NCBI GenBank assembly: GCA_964016885.1
Contig: OZ024743.1
Coordinates: forward strand, 333,498,001 to 333,562,000
DNA from: Eledone cirrhosa
Taxonomy: Eukaryota
Reading direction: 5' to 3'
DNA length: 64,000 nucleotides
This document shows positions 24,401 through 36,469 of this stretch, piece by piece; within the stretch, counting starts at the first letter, position 1, and the number at the start of each line of letters is the position of its first letter. The notes under the pieces were generated by a model. The model was not told the DNA's origin, made no database searches, and saw only the letters and a list, made by a program, of their open reading frames with translations. The position numbers and the translations under genes were made by a program.

Positions 24401-27400
24401 CTGAAACCAGTAAAGAGTGTAGTGCCCCATCATGGCTGCAGTTTGATGACTGAAACCAGTAAAGAGTGTGGTGCCCTAGCATGGCTGCAGTTTGATGACT
24501 GAAACCAGTAAAGAGTGTAGTGCCCCATCATGGCTGCAGTTTGATGACTGAAACCAGTAAAGAGTGTAGTGCCCCAGCATGGCTGCAGTTTGATGACTGA
24601 AACCAGTAAAGAGTGTAGTGCCCCATCATGGCTGCAGTTTGATGACTGAAACCAGTAAAGAGTGTAGTGCCCCATCATGGCTGCAGTTTGATGACTGAAA
24701 CCAGTAAAGAGTGTGGTGCCCCAGCATGGCTGCAGTTTAATGACTGAAACCAGTAAAGAGTGTAGTGCCCCATTATGGCTGCAGTTTGATGACTGAAACC
24801 AGTAAAGAGTGTGGTGCCCCAGCATGGCTGCAGTTTGATGACTGAAACCAGTAAAGAGTTTAGTGCCCCATCATGGCTGCAGTTTGATGACTGAAACCAG
24901 TAAAGAGTGTGGTGCTCCAGCATGGCTGCAGTTTGATGACTGAAACCAGTAAAGAGTGTAGTGCCCCATCATGGCTGCAGTTTGATGACTGAAACCAGTA
25001 AAGAGTGTAGTGCCCCATCATGGCTGCAGTTTGATGACTGAAACCAGTAAAGAGTGTGGTGCCCCAGCATGGCTGCAGTTTAATGACTGAAACCTGTAAA
25101 GAGTGTAGTGCCCCAGCATGGCTGCAGTTTGATGACTGAAACCAGTAAAGAGTGTGGTGCCCCAGCATGGCTGCAGTTTAATGACTGAAACCAGTAAAGA
25201 GTGTAGTGCCCCATCATGGCTGCAGTTTGATGACTGAAACCAGTAAAGAGTGTAGTGCCCCAGCATGGCTGCAGTTTGATGACTGAAACCAGTAAAGAGT
25301 GTAGTGCCCCATCATGGCTGCAGTTTGATGACTGAAACCAGTAAAGAGTGTGGTGCCCCAGCATGGCTGCAGTTTAATGACTGAAACCTGTAAAGAGTGT
25401 AGTGCCCCAGCATGGCTGCAGTTTGATGACTGAAACCAGTAAAGAGTGTGGTGCCCCAGCATGGCTGCAGTTTAATGACTGAAACCAGTAAAGAGTGTAG
25501 TGCCCCATCATGGCTGCAGTTTGATGACTGAAACCAGTAAAGAGTGTAGTGCCCCATCATGGCTGCAGTTTGATGACTGAAACCAGTAAAGAGTGTGGTG
25601 CCCCAGCATGGCTGCAGTTTAATGACTGAAACCTGTAAAGAGTGTGGTGCCCCAGCATGGCTGCAGTTTGATGACTGAAACCAGTAAAGAGTGTAGTGCC
25701 CCATCATGGCTGCAGTTTGATGACTGAAACCAGTAAAGAGTGTGGTGCCCCAGCATGGCTGCAGTTTAATGACTGAAACCTGTAAAGAGTGTGGTGCCCC
25801 AGCATGGCTGCAGTTTGATGACTGAAACCAGTAAAGAGTGTGGTGCCCCAGCATGGCTGCAGTTTAATGACTGAAACCTGTAAAGAGTGTAGTGCCCCAG
25901 CATGGCTGCAGTTTGATGACTGAAACCAGTAAAGAGTGTGGTGCCCCAGCATGGCTGCAGTTTAATGACTGAAACCAGTAAAGAGTGTAGTGCCCCATCA
26001 TGGCTGCAGTTTGATGACTGAAACCAGTAAAGAGTGTAGTGCCCCATCATGGCTGCAGTTTGATGACTGAAACCAGTAAAGAGTGTAGTGCCCCATCATG
26101 GCTGCAGTTTGATGACTGAAACCAGTAAAGAGTGTGGTGCCCCAGCATGGCTGCAGTTTAATGACTGAAACCTGTAAAGAGTGTTGTGCCCCAGCATGGC
26201 TGCAGTTTGATGACTGAAACCAGTAAAGAGTGTGGTGCCCCAGCATGGCTGCAGTTTAATGACTGAAACCAGTAAAGAGTGTAGTGCCCCATCATGGCTG
26301 CAGTTTGATGACTGAAACCAGTAAAGAGTGTAGTGCCCCAGCATGGCTGCAGTTTGATGACTGAAACCAGTAAAGAGTGTAGTGCCCCATCATGGCTGCA
26401 GTTTGATGACTGAAACCAGTAAAGAGTGTAGTGCCCCATCATGGCTGCAGTTTGATGACTGAAACCAGTAAAGAGTGTAGTGCCCCAGCATGGCTGCAGT
26501 TTGATGACTGAAACCAGTAAAGAGTGTGGTGCCCCAGCATGGCTGCAGTTTGATGACTGAAACCAGTAAAGAGTGTAGTGCCCCAGCATGGCTGCAGTTT
26601 GATGACTGAAACCAGTAAAGAGTGTAGTGCCCCATCATGGCTGCAGTTTGATGACTGAAATCAGTAAAGAGTGTGGTGCTCCAGCATGGCTGCAGTTTGA
26701 TGACTGAAACCAGTAAAGAGTGTAGTGCCCCATCATGGCTGCAGTTTGATGACTGAAATCAGTAAAGAGTGTGGTGCTCCAGCATGGCTGCAGTTTGATG
26801 ACTGAAACCAGTAAAGAGTGTAGTGCTCCAGCATGGCTGCAGTTTGACGACTGAAACCAGTAAAGAGTATAGTGCCCCATCATGGCTGTAGTTTGATGAC
26901 TGAAACCAGTAAAGAGTGTAGTGCCCCAGCATGGCTGCAGTTTGATGACTGAAACCAGTAAAGAGTGTAGTGCCCCATCATGGCTGCAGTTTGATGACTG
27001 AAACCAGTAAAGAGTGAGGTGCCCCAGCATGGCTGCAGTTTAATGACTGAAACCAGTAAAGAGTGTAGTGCCCCATCATGGCTGCAGTTTGATTACTGAA
27101 ACCAGTAAAGAGTGTAGTGCTCCATCATGGCTGCAGTTTGATGACTGAAACCAGTAAAGAGTGTAGTGCCCCAGCATGGCTGCAGTTTAATGACTGAAAC
27201 CAGTAAAGAGTGTAGTGCCCCATCATGGCTGCAGTTTGATGACTGAAACCAGTAAAGAGTGTGGTGCCCTAGCATGGCTGCAGTTTGATGACTGAAACCA
27301 GTAAAGAGTGTAGTGCCCCATCATGGCTGCAGTTTGATGACTGAAACCAGTAAAGAGTGTAGTGCCCCAGCATGGCTGCAGTTTGATGACTGAAACCAGT

Positions 27401-30400
27401 AAAGAGTGTAGTGCCCCATCATGGCTGCAGTTTGATGACTGAAACCAGTAAAGAGTGTAGTGCCCCATCATGGCTGCAGTTTGATGACTGAAACCAGTAA
27501 AGAGTGTGGTGCCCCATCATGGCTGCAGTTTGATTACTGAAACCAGTAAAGAGTGTAGTGCTCCATCATGGCTGCAGTTTGATGACTGAAACCAGTAAAG
27601 AGTGTAGTGCCCCAGCATGGCTGCAGTTTAATGACTGAAACCAGTAAAGAGTGTAGTGCCCCATCATGGCTGCAGTTTGATGACTGAAACCAGTAAAGAG
27701 TGTGGTGCCCTAGCATGGCTGCAGTTTGATGACTGAAACCAGTAAAGAGTGTAGTGCCCCATCATGGCTGCAGTTTGATGACTGAAACCAGTAAAGAGTG
27801 TAGTGCCCCAGCATGGCTGCAGTTTGATGACTGAAACCAGTAAAGAGTGTAGTGCCCCATCATGGCTGCAGTTTGATGACTGAAACCAGTAAAGAGTGTA
27901 GTGCCCCATCATGGCTGCAGTTTGATGACTGAAACCAGTAAAGAGTGTGGTGCCCCAGCATGGCTGCAGTTTAATGACTGAAACCAGTAAAGAGTGTAGT
28001 GCCCCATTATGGCTGCAGTTTGATGACTGAAACCAGTAAAGAGTGTGGTGCCCCAGCATGGCTGCAGTTTGATGACTGAAACCAGTAAAGAGTTTAGTGC
28101 CCCATCATGGCTGCAGTTTGATGACTGAAACCAGTAAAGAGTGTGGTGCTCCAGCATGGCTGCAGTTTGATGACTGAAACCAGTAAAGAGTGTAGTGCCC
28201 CATCATGGCTGCAGTTTGATGACTGAAACCAGTAAAGAGTGTAGTGCCCCATCATGGCTGCAGTTTGATGACTGAAACCAGTAAAGAGTGTGGTGCCCCA
28301 GCATGGCTGCAGTTTAATGACTGAAACCTGTAAAGAGTGTAGTGCCCCAGCATGGCTGCAGTTTGATGACTGAAACCAGTAAAGAGTGTGGTGCCCCAGC
28401 ATGGCTGCAGTTTAATGACTGAAACCAGTAAAGAGTGTAGTGCCCCATCATGGCTGCAGTTTGATGACTGAAACCAGTAAAGAGTGTAGTGCCCCATCAT
28501 GGCTGCAGTTTGATGACTGAAACCAGTAAAGAGTGTGGTGCCCCAGCATGGCTGCAGTTTAATGACTGAAACCTGTAAAGAGTGTGGTGCCCCAGCATGG
28601 CTGCAGTTTGATGACTGAAACCAGTAAAGAGTGTAGTGCCCCATCATGGCTGCAGTTTGATGACTGAAACCAGTAAAGAGTGTGGTGCCCCAGCATGGCT
28701 GCAGTTTAATGACTGAAACCTGTAAAGAGTGTGGTGCCCCAGCATGGCTGCAGTTTGATGACTGAAACCAGTAAAGAGTGTGGTGCCCCAGCATGGCTGC
28801 AGTTTAATGACTGAAACCTGTAAAGAGTGTAGTGCCCCAGCATGGCTGCAGTTTGATGACTGAAACCAGTAAAGAGTGTGGTGCCCCAGCATGGCTGCAG
28901 TTTAATGACTGAAACCAGTAAAGAGTGTAGTGCCCCATCATGGCTGCAGTTTGATGACTGAAACCAGTAAAGAGTGTAGTGCCCCATCATGGCTGCAGTT
29001 TGATGACTGAAACCAGTAAAGAGTGTAGTGCCCCATCATGGCTGCAGTTTGATGACTGAAACCAGTAAAGAGTGTGGTGCCCCAGCATGGCTGCAGTTTA
29101 ATGACTGAAACCTGTAAAGAGTGTTGTGCCCCAGCATGGCTGCAGTTTGATGACTGAAACCAGTAAAGAGTGTGGTGCCCCAGCATGGCTGCAGTTTAAT
29201 GACTGAAACCAGTAAAGAGTGTAGTGCCCCATCATGGCTGCAGTTTGATGACTGAAACCAGTAAAGAGTGTAGTGCCCCAGCATGGCTGCAGTTTGATGA
29301 CTGAAACCAGTAAAGAGTGTAGTGCCCCATCATGGCTGCAGTTTGATGACTGAAACCAGTAAAGAGTGTAGTGCCCCATCATGGCTGCAGTTTGATGACT
29401 GAAACCAGTAAAGAGTGTAGTGCCCCAGCATGGCTGCAGTTTGATGACTGAAACCAGTAAAGAGTGTGGTGCCCCAGCATGGCTGCAGTTTGATGACTGA
29501 AACCAGTAAAGAGTGTAGTGCCCCAGCATGGCTGCAGTTTGATGACTGAAACCAGTAAAGAGTGTAGTGCCCCATCATGGCTGCAGTTTGATGACTGAAA
29601 TCAGTAAAGAGTGTGGTGCTCCAGCATGGCTGCAGTTTGATGACTGAAACCAGTAAAGAGTGTAGTGCCCCATCATGGCTGCAGTTTGATGACTGAAATC
29701 AGTAAAGAGTGTGGTGCTCCAGCATGGCTGCAGTTTGATGACTGAAACCAGTAAAGAGTGTAGTGCTCCAGCATGGCTGCAGTTTGACGACTGAAACCAG
29801 TAAAGAGTATAGTGCCCCATCATGGCTGTAGTTTGATGACTGAAACCAGTAAAGAGTGTAGTGCCCCAGCATGGCTGCAGTTTGATGACTGAAACCAGTA
29901 AAGAGTGTAGTGCCCCATCATGGCTGCAGTTTGATGACTGAAACCAGTAAAGAGTGAGGTGCCCCAGCATGGCTGCAGTTTAATGACTGAAACCAGTAAA
30001 GAGTGTAGTGCCCCATCATGGCTGCAGTTTGATTACTGAAACCAGTAAAGAGTGTAGTGCTCCATCATGGCTGCAGTTTGATGACTGAAACCAGTAAAGA
30101 GTGTAGTGCCCCAGCATGGCTGCAGTTTAATGACTGAAACCAGTAAAGAGTGTAGTGCCCCATCATGGCTGCAGTTTGATGACTGAAACCAGTAAAGAGT
30201 GTGGTGCCCTAGCATGGCTGCAGTTTGATGACTGAAACCAGTAAAGAGTGTAGTGCCCCATCATGGCTGCAGTTTGATGACTGAAACCAGTAAAGAGTGT
30301 AGTGCCCCAGCATGGCTGCAGTTTGATGACTGAAACCAGTAAAGAGTGTAGTGCCCCATCATGGCTGCAGTTTGATGACTGAAACCAGTAAAGAGTGTAG

Positions 30401-33350
30401 TGCCCCATCATGGCTGCAGTTTGATGACTGAAACCAGTAAAGAGTGTGGTGCCCCATCATGGCTGCAGTTTGATTACTGAAACCAGTAAAGAGTGTAGTG
30501 CTCCATCATGGCTGCAGTTTGATGACTGAAACCAGTAAAGAGTGTAGTGCCCCAGCATGGCTGCAGTTTAATGACTGAAACCAGTAAAGAGTGTAGTGCC
30601 CCATCATGGCTGCAGTTTGATGACTGAAACCAGTAAAGAGTGTGGTGCCCTAGCATGGCTGCAGTTTGATGACTGAAACCAGTAAAGAGTGTAGTGCCCC
30701 ATCATGGCTGCAGTTTGATGACTGAAACCAGTAAAGAGTGTAGTGCCCCAGCATGGCTGCAGTTTGATGACTGAAACCAGTAAAGAGTGTAGTGCCCCAT
30801 CATGGCTGCAGTTTGATGACTGAAACCAGTAAAGAGTGTAGTGCCCCATCATGGCTGCAGTTTGATGACTGAAACCAGTAAAGAGTGTGGTGCCCCAGCA
30901 TGGCTGCAGTTTAATGACTGAAACCAGTAAAGAGTGTAGTGCCCCATTATGGCTGCAGTTTGATGACTGAAACCAGTAAAGAGTGTGGTGCCCCAGCATG
31001 GCTGCAGTTTGATGACTGAAACCAGTAAAGAGTTTAGTGCCCCATCATGGCTGCAGTTTGATGACTGAAACCAGTAAAGAGTGTGGTGCTCCAGCATGGC
31101 TGCAGTTTGATGACTGAAACCAGTAAAGAGTGTAGTGCCCCATCATGGCTGCAGTTTGATGACTGAAACCAGTAAAGAGTGTAGTGCCCCATCATGGCTG
31201 CAGTTTGATGACTGAAACCAGTAAAGAGTGTGGTGCCCCAGCATGGCTGCAGTTTAATGACTGAAACCTGTAAAGAGTGTAGTGCCCCAGCATGGCTGCA
31301 GTTTGATGACTGAAACCAGTAAAGAGTGTGGTGCCCCAGCATGGCTGCAGTTTAATGACTGAAACCAGTAAAGAGTGTAGTGCCCCATCATGGCTGCAGT
31401 TTGATGACTGAAACCAGTAAAGAGTGTAGTGCCCCAGCATGGCTGCAGTTTGATGACTGAAACCAGTAAAGAGTGTAGTGCCCCATCATGGCTGCAGTTT
31501 GATGACTGAAACCAGTAAAGAGTGTGGTGCCCCAGCATGGCTGCAGTTTAATGACTGAAACCTGTAAAGAGTGTAGTGCCCCAGCATGGCTGCAGTTTGA
31601 TGACTGAAACCAGTAAAGAGTGTGGTGCCCCAGCATGGCTGCAGTTTAATGACTGAAACCAGTAAAGAGTGTAGTGCCCCATCATGGCTGCAGTTTGATG
31701 ACTGAAACCAGTAAAGAGTGTAGTGCCCCATCATGGCTGCAGTTTGATGACTGAAACCAGTAAAGAGTGTGGTGCCCCAGCATGGCTGCAGTTTAATGAC
31801 TGAAACCTGTAAAGAGTGTGGTGCCCCAGCATGGCTGCAGTTTGATGACTGAAACCAGTAAAGAGTGTAGTGCCCCATCATGGCTGCAGTTTGATGACTG
31901 AAACCAGTAAAGAGTGTGGTGCCCCAGCATGGCTGCAGTTTAATGACTGAAACCTGTAAAGAGTGTGGTGCCCCAGCATGGCTGCAGTTTGATGACTGAA
32001 ACCAGTAAAGAGTGTGGTGCCCCAGCATGGCTGCAGTTTAATGACTGAAACCTGTAAAGAGTGTAGTGCCCCAGCATGGCTGCAGTTTGATGACTGAAAC
32101 CAGTAAAGAGTGTGGTGCCCCAGCATGGCTGCAGTTTAATGACTGAAACCAGTAAAGAGTGTAGTGCCCCATCATGGCTGCAGTTTGATGACTGAAACCA
32201 GTAAAGAGTGTAGTGCCCCATCATGGCTGCAGTTTGATGACTGAAACCAGTAAAGAGTGTAGTGCCCCATCATGGCTGCAGTTTGATGACTGAAACCAGT
32301 AAAGAGTGTGGTGCCCCAGCATGGCTGCAGTTTAATGACTGAAACCTGTAAAGAGTGTAGTGCCCCAGCATGGCTGCAGTTTGATGACTGAAACCAGTAA
32401 AGAGTGTGGTGCCCCAGCATGGCTGCAGTTTAATGACTGAAACCAGTAAAGAGTGTAGTGCCCCATCATGGCTGCAGTTTGATGACTGAAACCAGTAAAG
32501 AGTGTAGTGCCCCAGCATGGCTGCAGTTTGATGACTGAAACCAGTAAAGAGTGTAGTGCCCCATCATGGCTGCAGTTTGATGACTGAAACCAGTAAAGAG
32601 TGTAGTGCCCCATCATGGCTGCAGTTTGATGACTGAAACCAGTAAAGAGTGTAGTGCCCCAGCATGGCTGCAGTTTGATGACTGAAACCAGTAAAGAGTG
32701 TGGTGCCCCAGCATGGCTGCAGTTTGATGACTGAAACCAGTAAAGAGTGTAGTGCCCCAGCATGGCTGCAGTTTGATGACTGAAACCAGTAAAGAGTGTA
32801 GTGCCCCATCATGGCTGCAGTTTGATGACTGAAATCAGTAAAGAGTGTGGTGCTCCAGCATGGCTGCAGTTTGATGACTGAAACCAGTAAAGAGTGTAGT
32901 GCCCCATCATGGCTGCAGTTTGATGACTGAAATCAGTAAAGAGTGTGGTGCTCCAGCATGGCTGCAGTTTGATGACTGAAACCAGTAAAGAGTGTAGTGC
33001 TCCAGCATGGCTGCAGTTTGACGACTGAAACCAGTAAAGAGTATAGTGCCCCATCATGGCTGTAGTTTGATGACTGAAACCAGTAAAGAGTGTAGTGCCC
33101 CAGCATGGCTGCAGTTTGATGACTGAAACCAGTAAAGAGTGTAGTGCCCCATCATGGCTGCAGTTTGATGACTGAAACCAGTAAAGAGTGAGGTGCCCCA
33201 GCATGGCTGCAGTTTAATGACTGAAACCAGTAAAGAGTGTAGTGCCCCATCATGGCTGCAGTTTGATTACTGAAACCAGTAAAGAGTGTAGTGCTCCATC
33301 ATGGCTGCAGTTTGATGACTGAAACCAGTAAAGAGTGTAGTGCCCCAGCA
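18450..33350. repeat. Higher-order repeat domain with related copies spaced 101, 60 and 66 monomers apart (4949, 2940, 3234 bp)
   Basis: The variant A in marker GAGTGAGG lies at 22068, 27017, 29957 and 33191. An identical ORF recurs at 20755, 25704, 28644 and 31878. The stretch of about 25300-31340 appears to be a near-exact 2x2940 bp tandem. Confidence 0.88.
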
Positions 33351-36300
33351 TGGCTGCAGTTTGATGACTGAAACCAGTAAAGAGTGTGGTGCTCCAGCAT
33401 GGCTGCAGTTTGATGACTGAAACCAGTAAAGAGTGTAGTGCCCCATCATGGCTGCAGTTTGATGACTGAAACCAGTAAAGAGTGTAGTGCCCCAGCATGG
33501 CTGCAGTTTGATGACTGAAACCAGTAAAGAGTGTAGTGCCCCAGCATGGCTGCAGTTTGATGACTGAAACCAGTAAAGAGTGTGGTGCCCCAGCATGGCT
33601 GCAGTTTGATGACTGAAACCAGTAAAGAGTGTGGTGCTCCAGCATGGCTGCAGTTTGATGACTGAAACCAGTAAAGAGTGTAGTGCCCCAGCATGGCTGC
33701 AGTTTGATGACTAAAACCAGTAAAGAGTGTGGTGCCCCAGCATGGCTGCAGTTTGATGACTGAAACCAGTAAAGAGTGTAGTGCCCCAGCATGGCTGCAG
33801 TTTAATGACTGAAACCAGTAAAGAGTGTAGTGCCCCATCATAGCTGCAGTTTGATGACTGAAACCAGTAAAGAGTGTAGTGCCCCAGCATGGCTGCAGTT
33901 TGATGACTGAAACCAGTAAAGAGTGTAGTGCCCCATCATGGCTGCAGTTTAATGACTGAAACCAGTAAAGAGTGTAGTGCCCCAGCATGGCTGCAGTTTG
34001 ATGACTGAAACCAGTAAAGAGTGTAGTGCCCAGCATGGCTGCAGTTTAATGACTGAAACCAGTAAAGAGTGTAGTGCCCCATCATGGCTGCAGTTTGATG
34101 ACTGAAATCAGTAAAGAGTGTGGTGCCCCATCATGGCTGCAGTTTGATGACTGAAACCAGTAAAGAGTGTGGTGCCCCAGCATGGCTGCAGTTTAATGAC
34201 TGAAACCAGTAAAGAGTGTAGTGCCCCATCATGGCTGCAGTTTGATGACTGAAACCAGTAAAGAGTGTGGTGCCCCAGCATGGCTGCAGTTTGATGACTG
34301 AAACCAGTAAAGAGTGTAGTGCCCCATGATGGCTGCAGTTTGATGACTGAAACCAGTAAAGAGTGTGGTGCCCCAGCATGGCTGCAGTTTAATGACTGAA
34401 ACCAGTAAAGAGTGTAGTGCCCCATCATGGCTGCAGTTTGATGACTGAAACCAGTAAAGAGTGTAGTGCCCCATGATGGCTGCAGTTTGATGACTGAAAC
34501 CAGTAAAGAGTGTAGTGCCCCATCATGGCTGCAGTTTGATGACTGAAACCAGTAAAGAGTGTGGTGCTCCAGCATGGCTGCAGTTTGATGACTGAAACCA
34601 GTAAAGAGTGTAGTGCCCCATCATGGCTGCAGTTTGATGACTGAAACCAGTAAAGAGTGTGGTGCCCCAGCATGGCTGCAGTTTAATGACTGAAACCAGT
34701 AAAGAGTGTAGTGCCCCATCATGGCTGCAGTTTGATGACTGAAACCAGTAAAGAGTGTGGTGCCCCAGCATGGCTGCAGTTTGATGACTGAAACCAGTAA
34801 AGAGTTTAGTGCCCCATCATGGCTGCAGTTTGATGACTGAAACCAGTAAAGAGTGTAGTGCCCCATGATGGCTGCAGTTTGATGACTGAAACCAGTAAAG
34901 AGTGTGGTGCCCCAGCATGGCTGCAGTTTAATGACTGAAACCAGTAAAGAGTGTAGTGCCCCATCATGGCTGCAGTTTGATGACTGAAACCAGTAAAGAG
35001 TGTGGTGCCCCAGCATGGCTGCAGTTTAATGACTGAAACCTGTAAAGAGTGTAGTGCCCCAGCATGGCTGCAGTTTGATGACTGAAACCAGTAAAGAGTG
35101 TGGTGCCCCAGCATGGCTGCAGTTTAATGACTGAAACCAGTAAAGAGTGTAGTGCCCCATCATGGCTGCAGTTTGATGACTGAAACCAGTAAAGAGTGTG
35201 GTGCTCCAGCATGGCTGCAGTTTGATGACTGAAACCAGTAAAGAGTGTAGTGCCCCATCATGGCTGCAGTTTGATGACTGAAACCAGTAAAGAGTGTGGT
35301 GCCCCAGCATGGCTGCAGTTTAATGACTGAAACCAGTAAAGAGTGTAGTGCCCCATCATGGCTGCAGTTTGATGACTGAAACCAGTAAAGAGTGTAGTGC
35401 CCCAGCATGGCTGCAGTTTGATGACTGAAACCAGTAAAGAGTGTAGTGCCCCATCATGGCTGCAGTTTGATGACTGAAACCAGTAAAGAGTGTAGTGCCC
35501 CATCATGGCTGCAGTTTGATGACTGAAACCAGTAAAGAGTGTAGTGCCCCAGCATGGCTGCAGTTTGATGACTGAAACCAGTAAAGAGTGTAGTGCCCCA
35601 GCATGGCTGCAGTTTAATGACTGAAACCAGTAAAGAGTGTAGTGCCCCATCATGGCTGCAGTTTGATGACTGAAACCAGTAAAGAGTGTGGTGCTCCAGC
35701 ATGGCTGCAGTTTGATGACTGAAACCAGTAAAGAGTGTAGTGTCCCAGCATGGCTGCAGTTTGACGACTGAAACCAGTAAAGAGTGTGGTGCTCCAGCAT
35801 GGCTGCAGTTTGATGACTGAAACCAGTAAAGAGTGTGGTGCTCCAGCATGGCTGCAGTTTGATGACTGAAACCAGTAAAGAGTGTGGTGCTCCAGCATGG
35901 CTGCAGTTTGATGACTGAAACCAGTAAAGAGTGTAGTGCCCCATCATGGCTGCAGTTTGATGACTGAAACCAGTAAAGAGTGTAGTGCCCCAGCATGGCT
36001 GCAGTTTGATGACTGAAACCAGTAAAGAGTGTGGTGCTCCAGCATGGCTGCAGTTTGATGACTGAAACCAGTAAAGAGTGTAGTGCCCCATCATGGCTGC
36101 AGTTTGATTACTGAAACCAGTAAAGAGTGTAGTGCTCCATCATGGCTGCAGTTTGATGACTGAAACCAGTAAAGAGTGTAGTGCCCCAGCATGGCTGCAG
36201 TTTGATGACTGAAACCAGTAAAGAGTGTGGTGCCCCAGCATGGCTGCAGTTTGATGACTGAAACCAGTAAAGAGTGTGGTGCTCCAGCATGGCTGCAGTT

Positions 36301-36469
36301 TGATGACTGAAACCAGTAAAGAGTGTAGTGCCCCAGCATGGCTGCAGTTTGATGACTGAAACCAGTAAAGAGTGTGGTGCCCCAGCATGGCTGCAGTTTG
36401 ATGACTGAAACCAGTAAAGAGTGTAGTGCCCCAGCATGGCTGCAGTTTAATGACTGAAACCAGTAAAGA

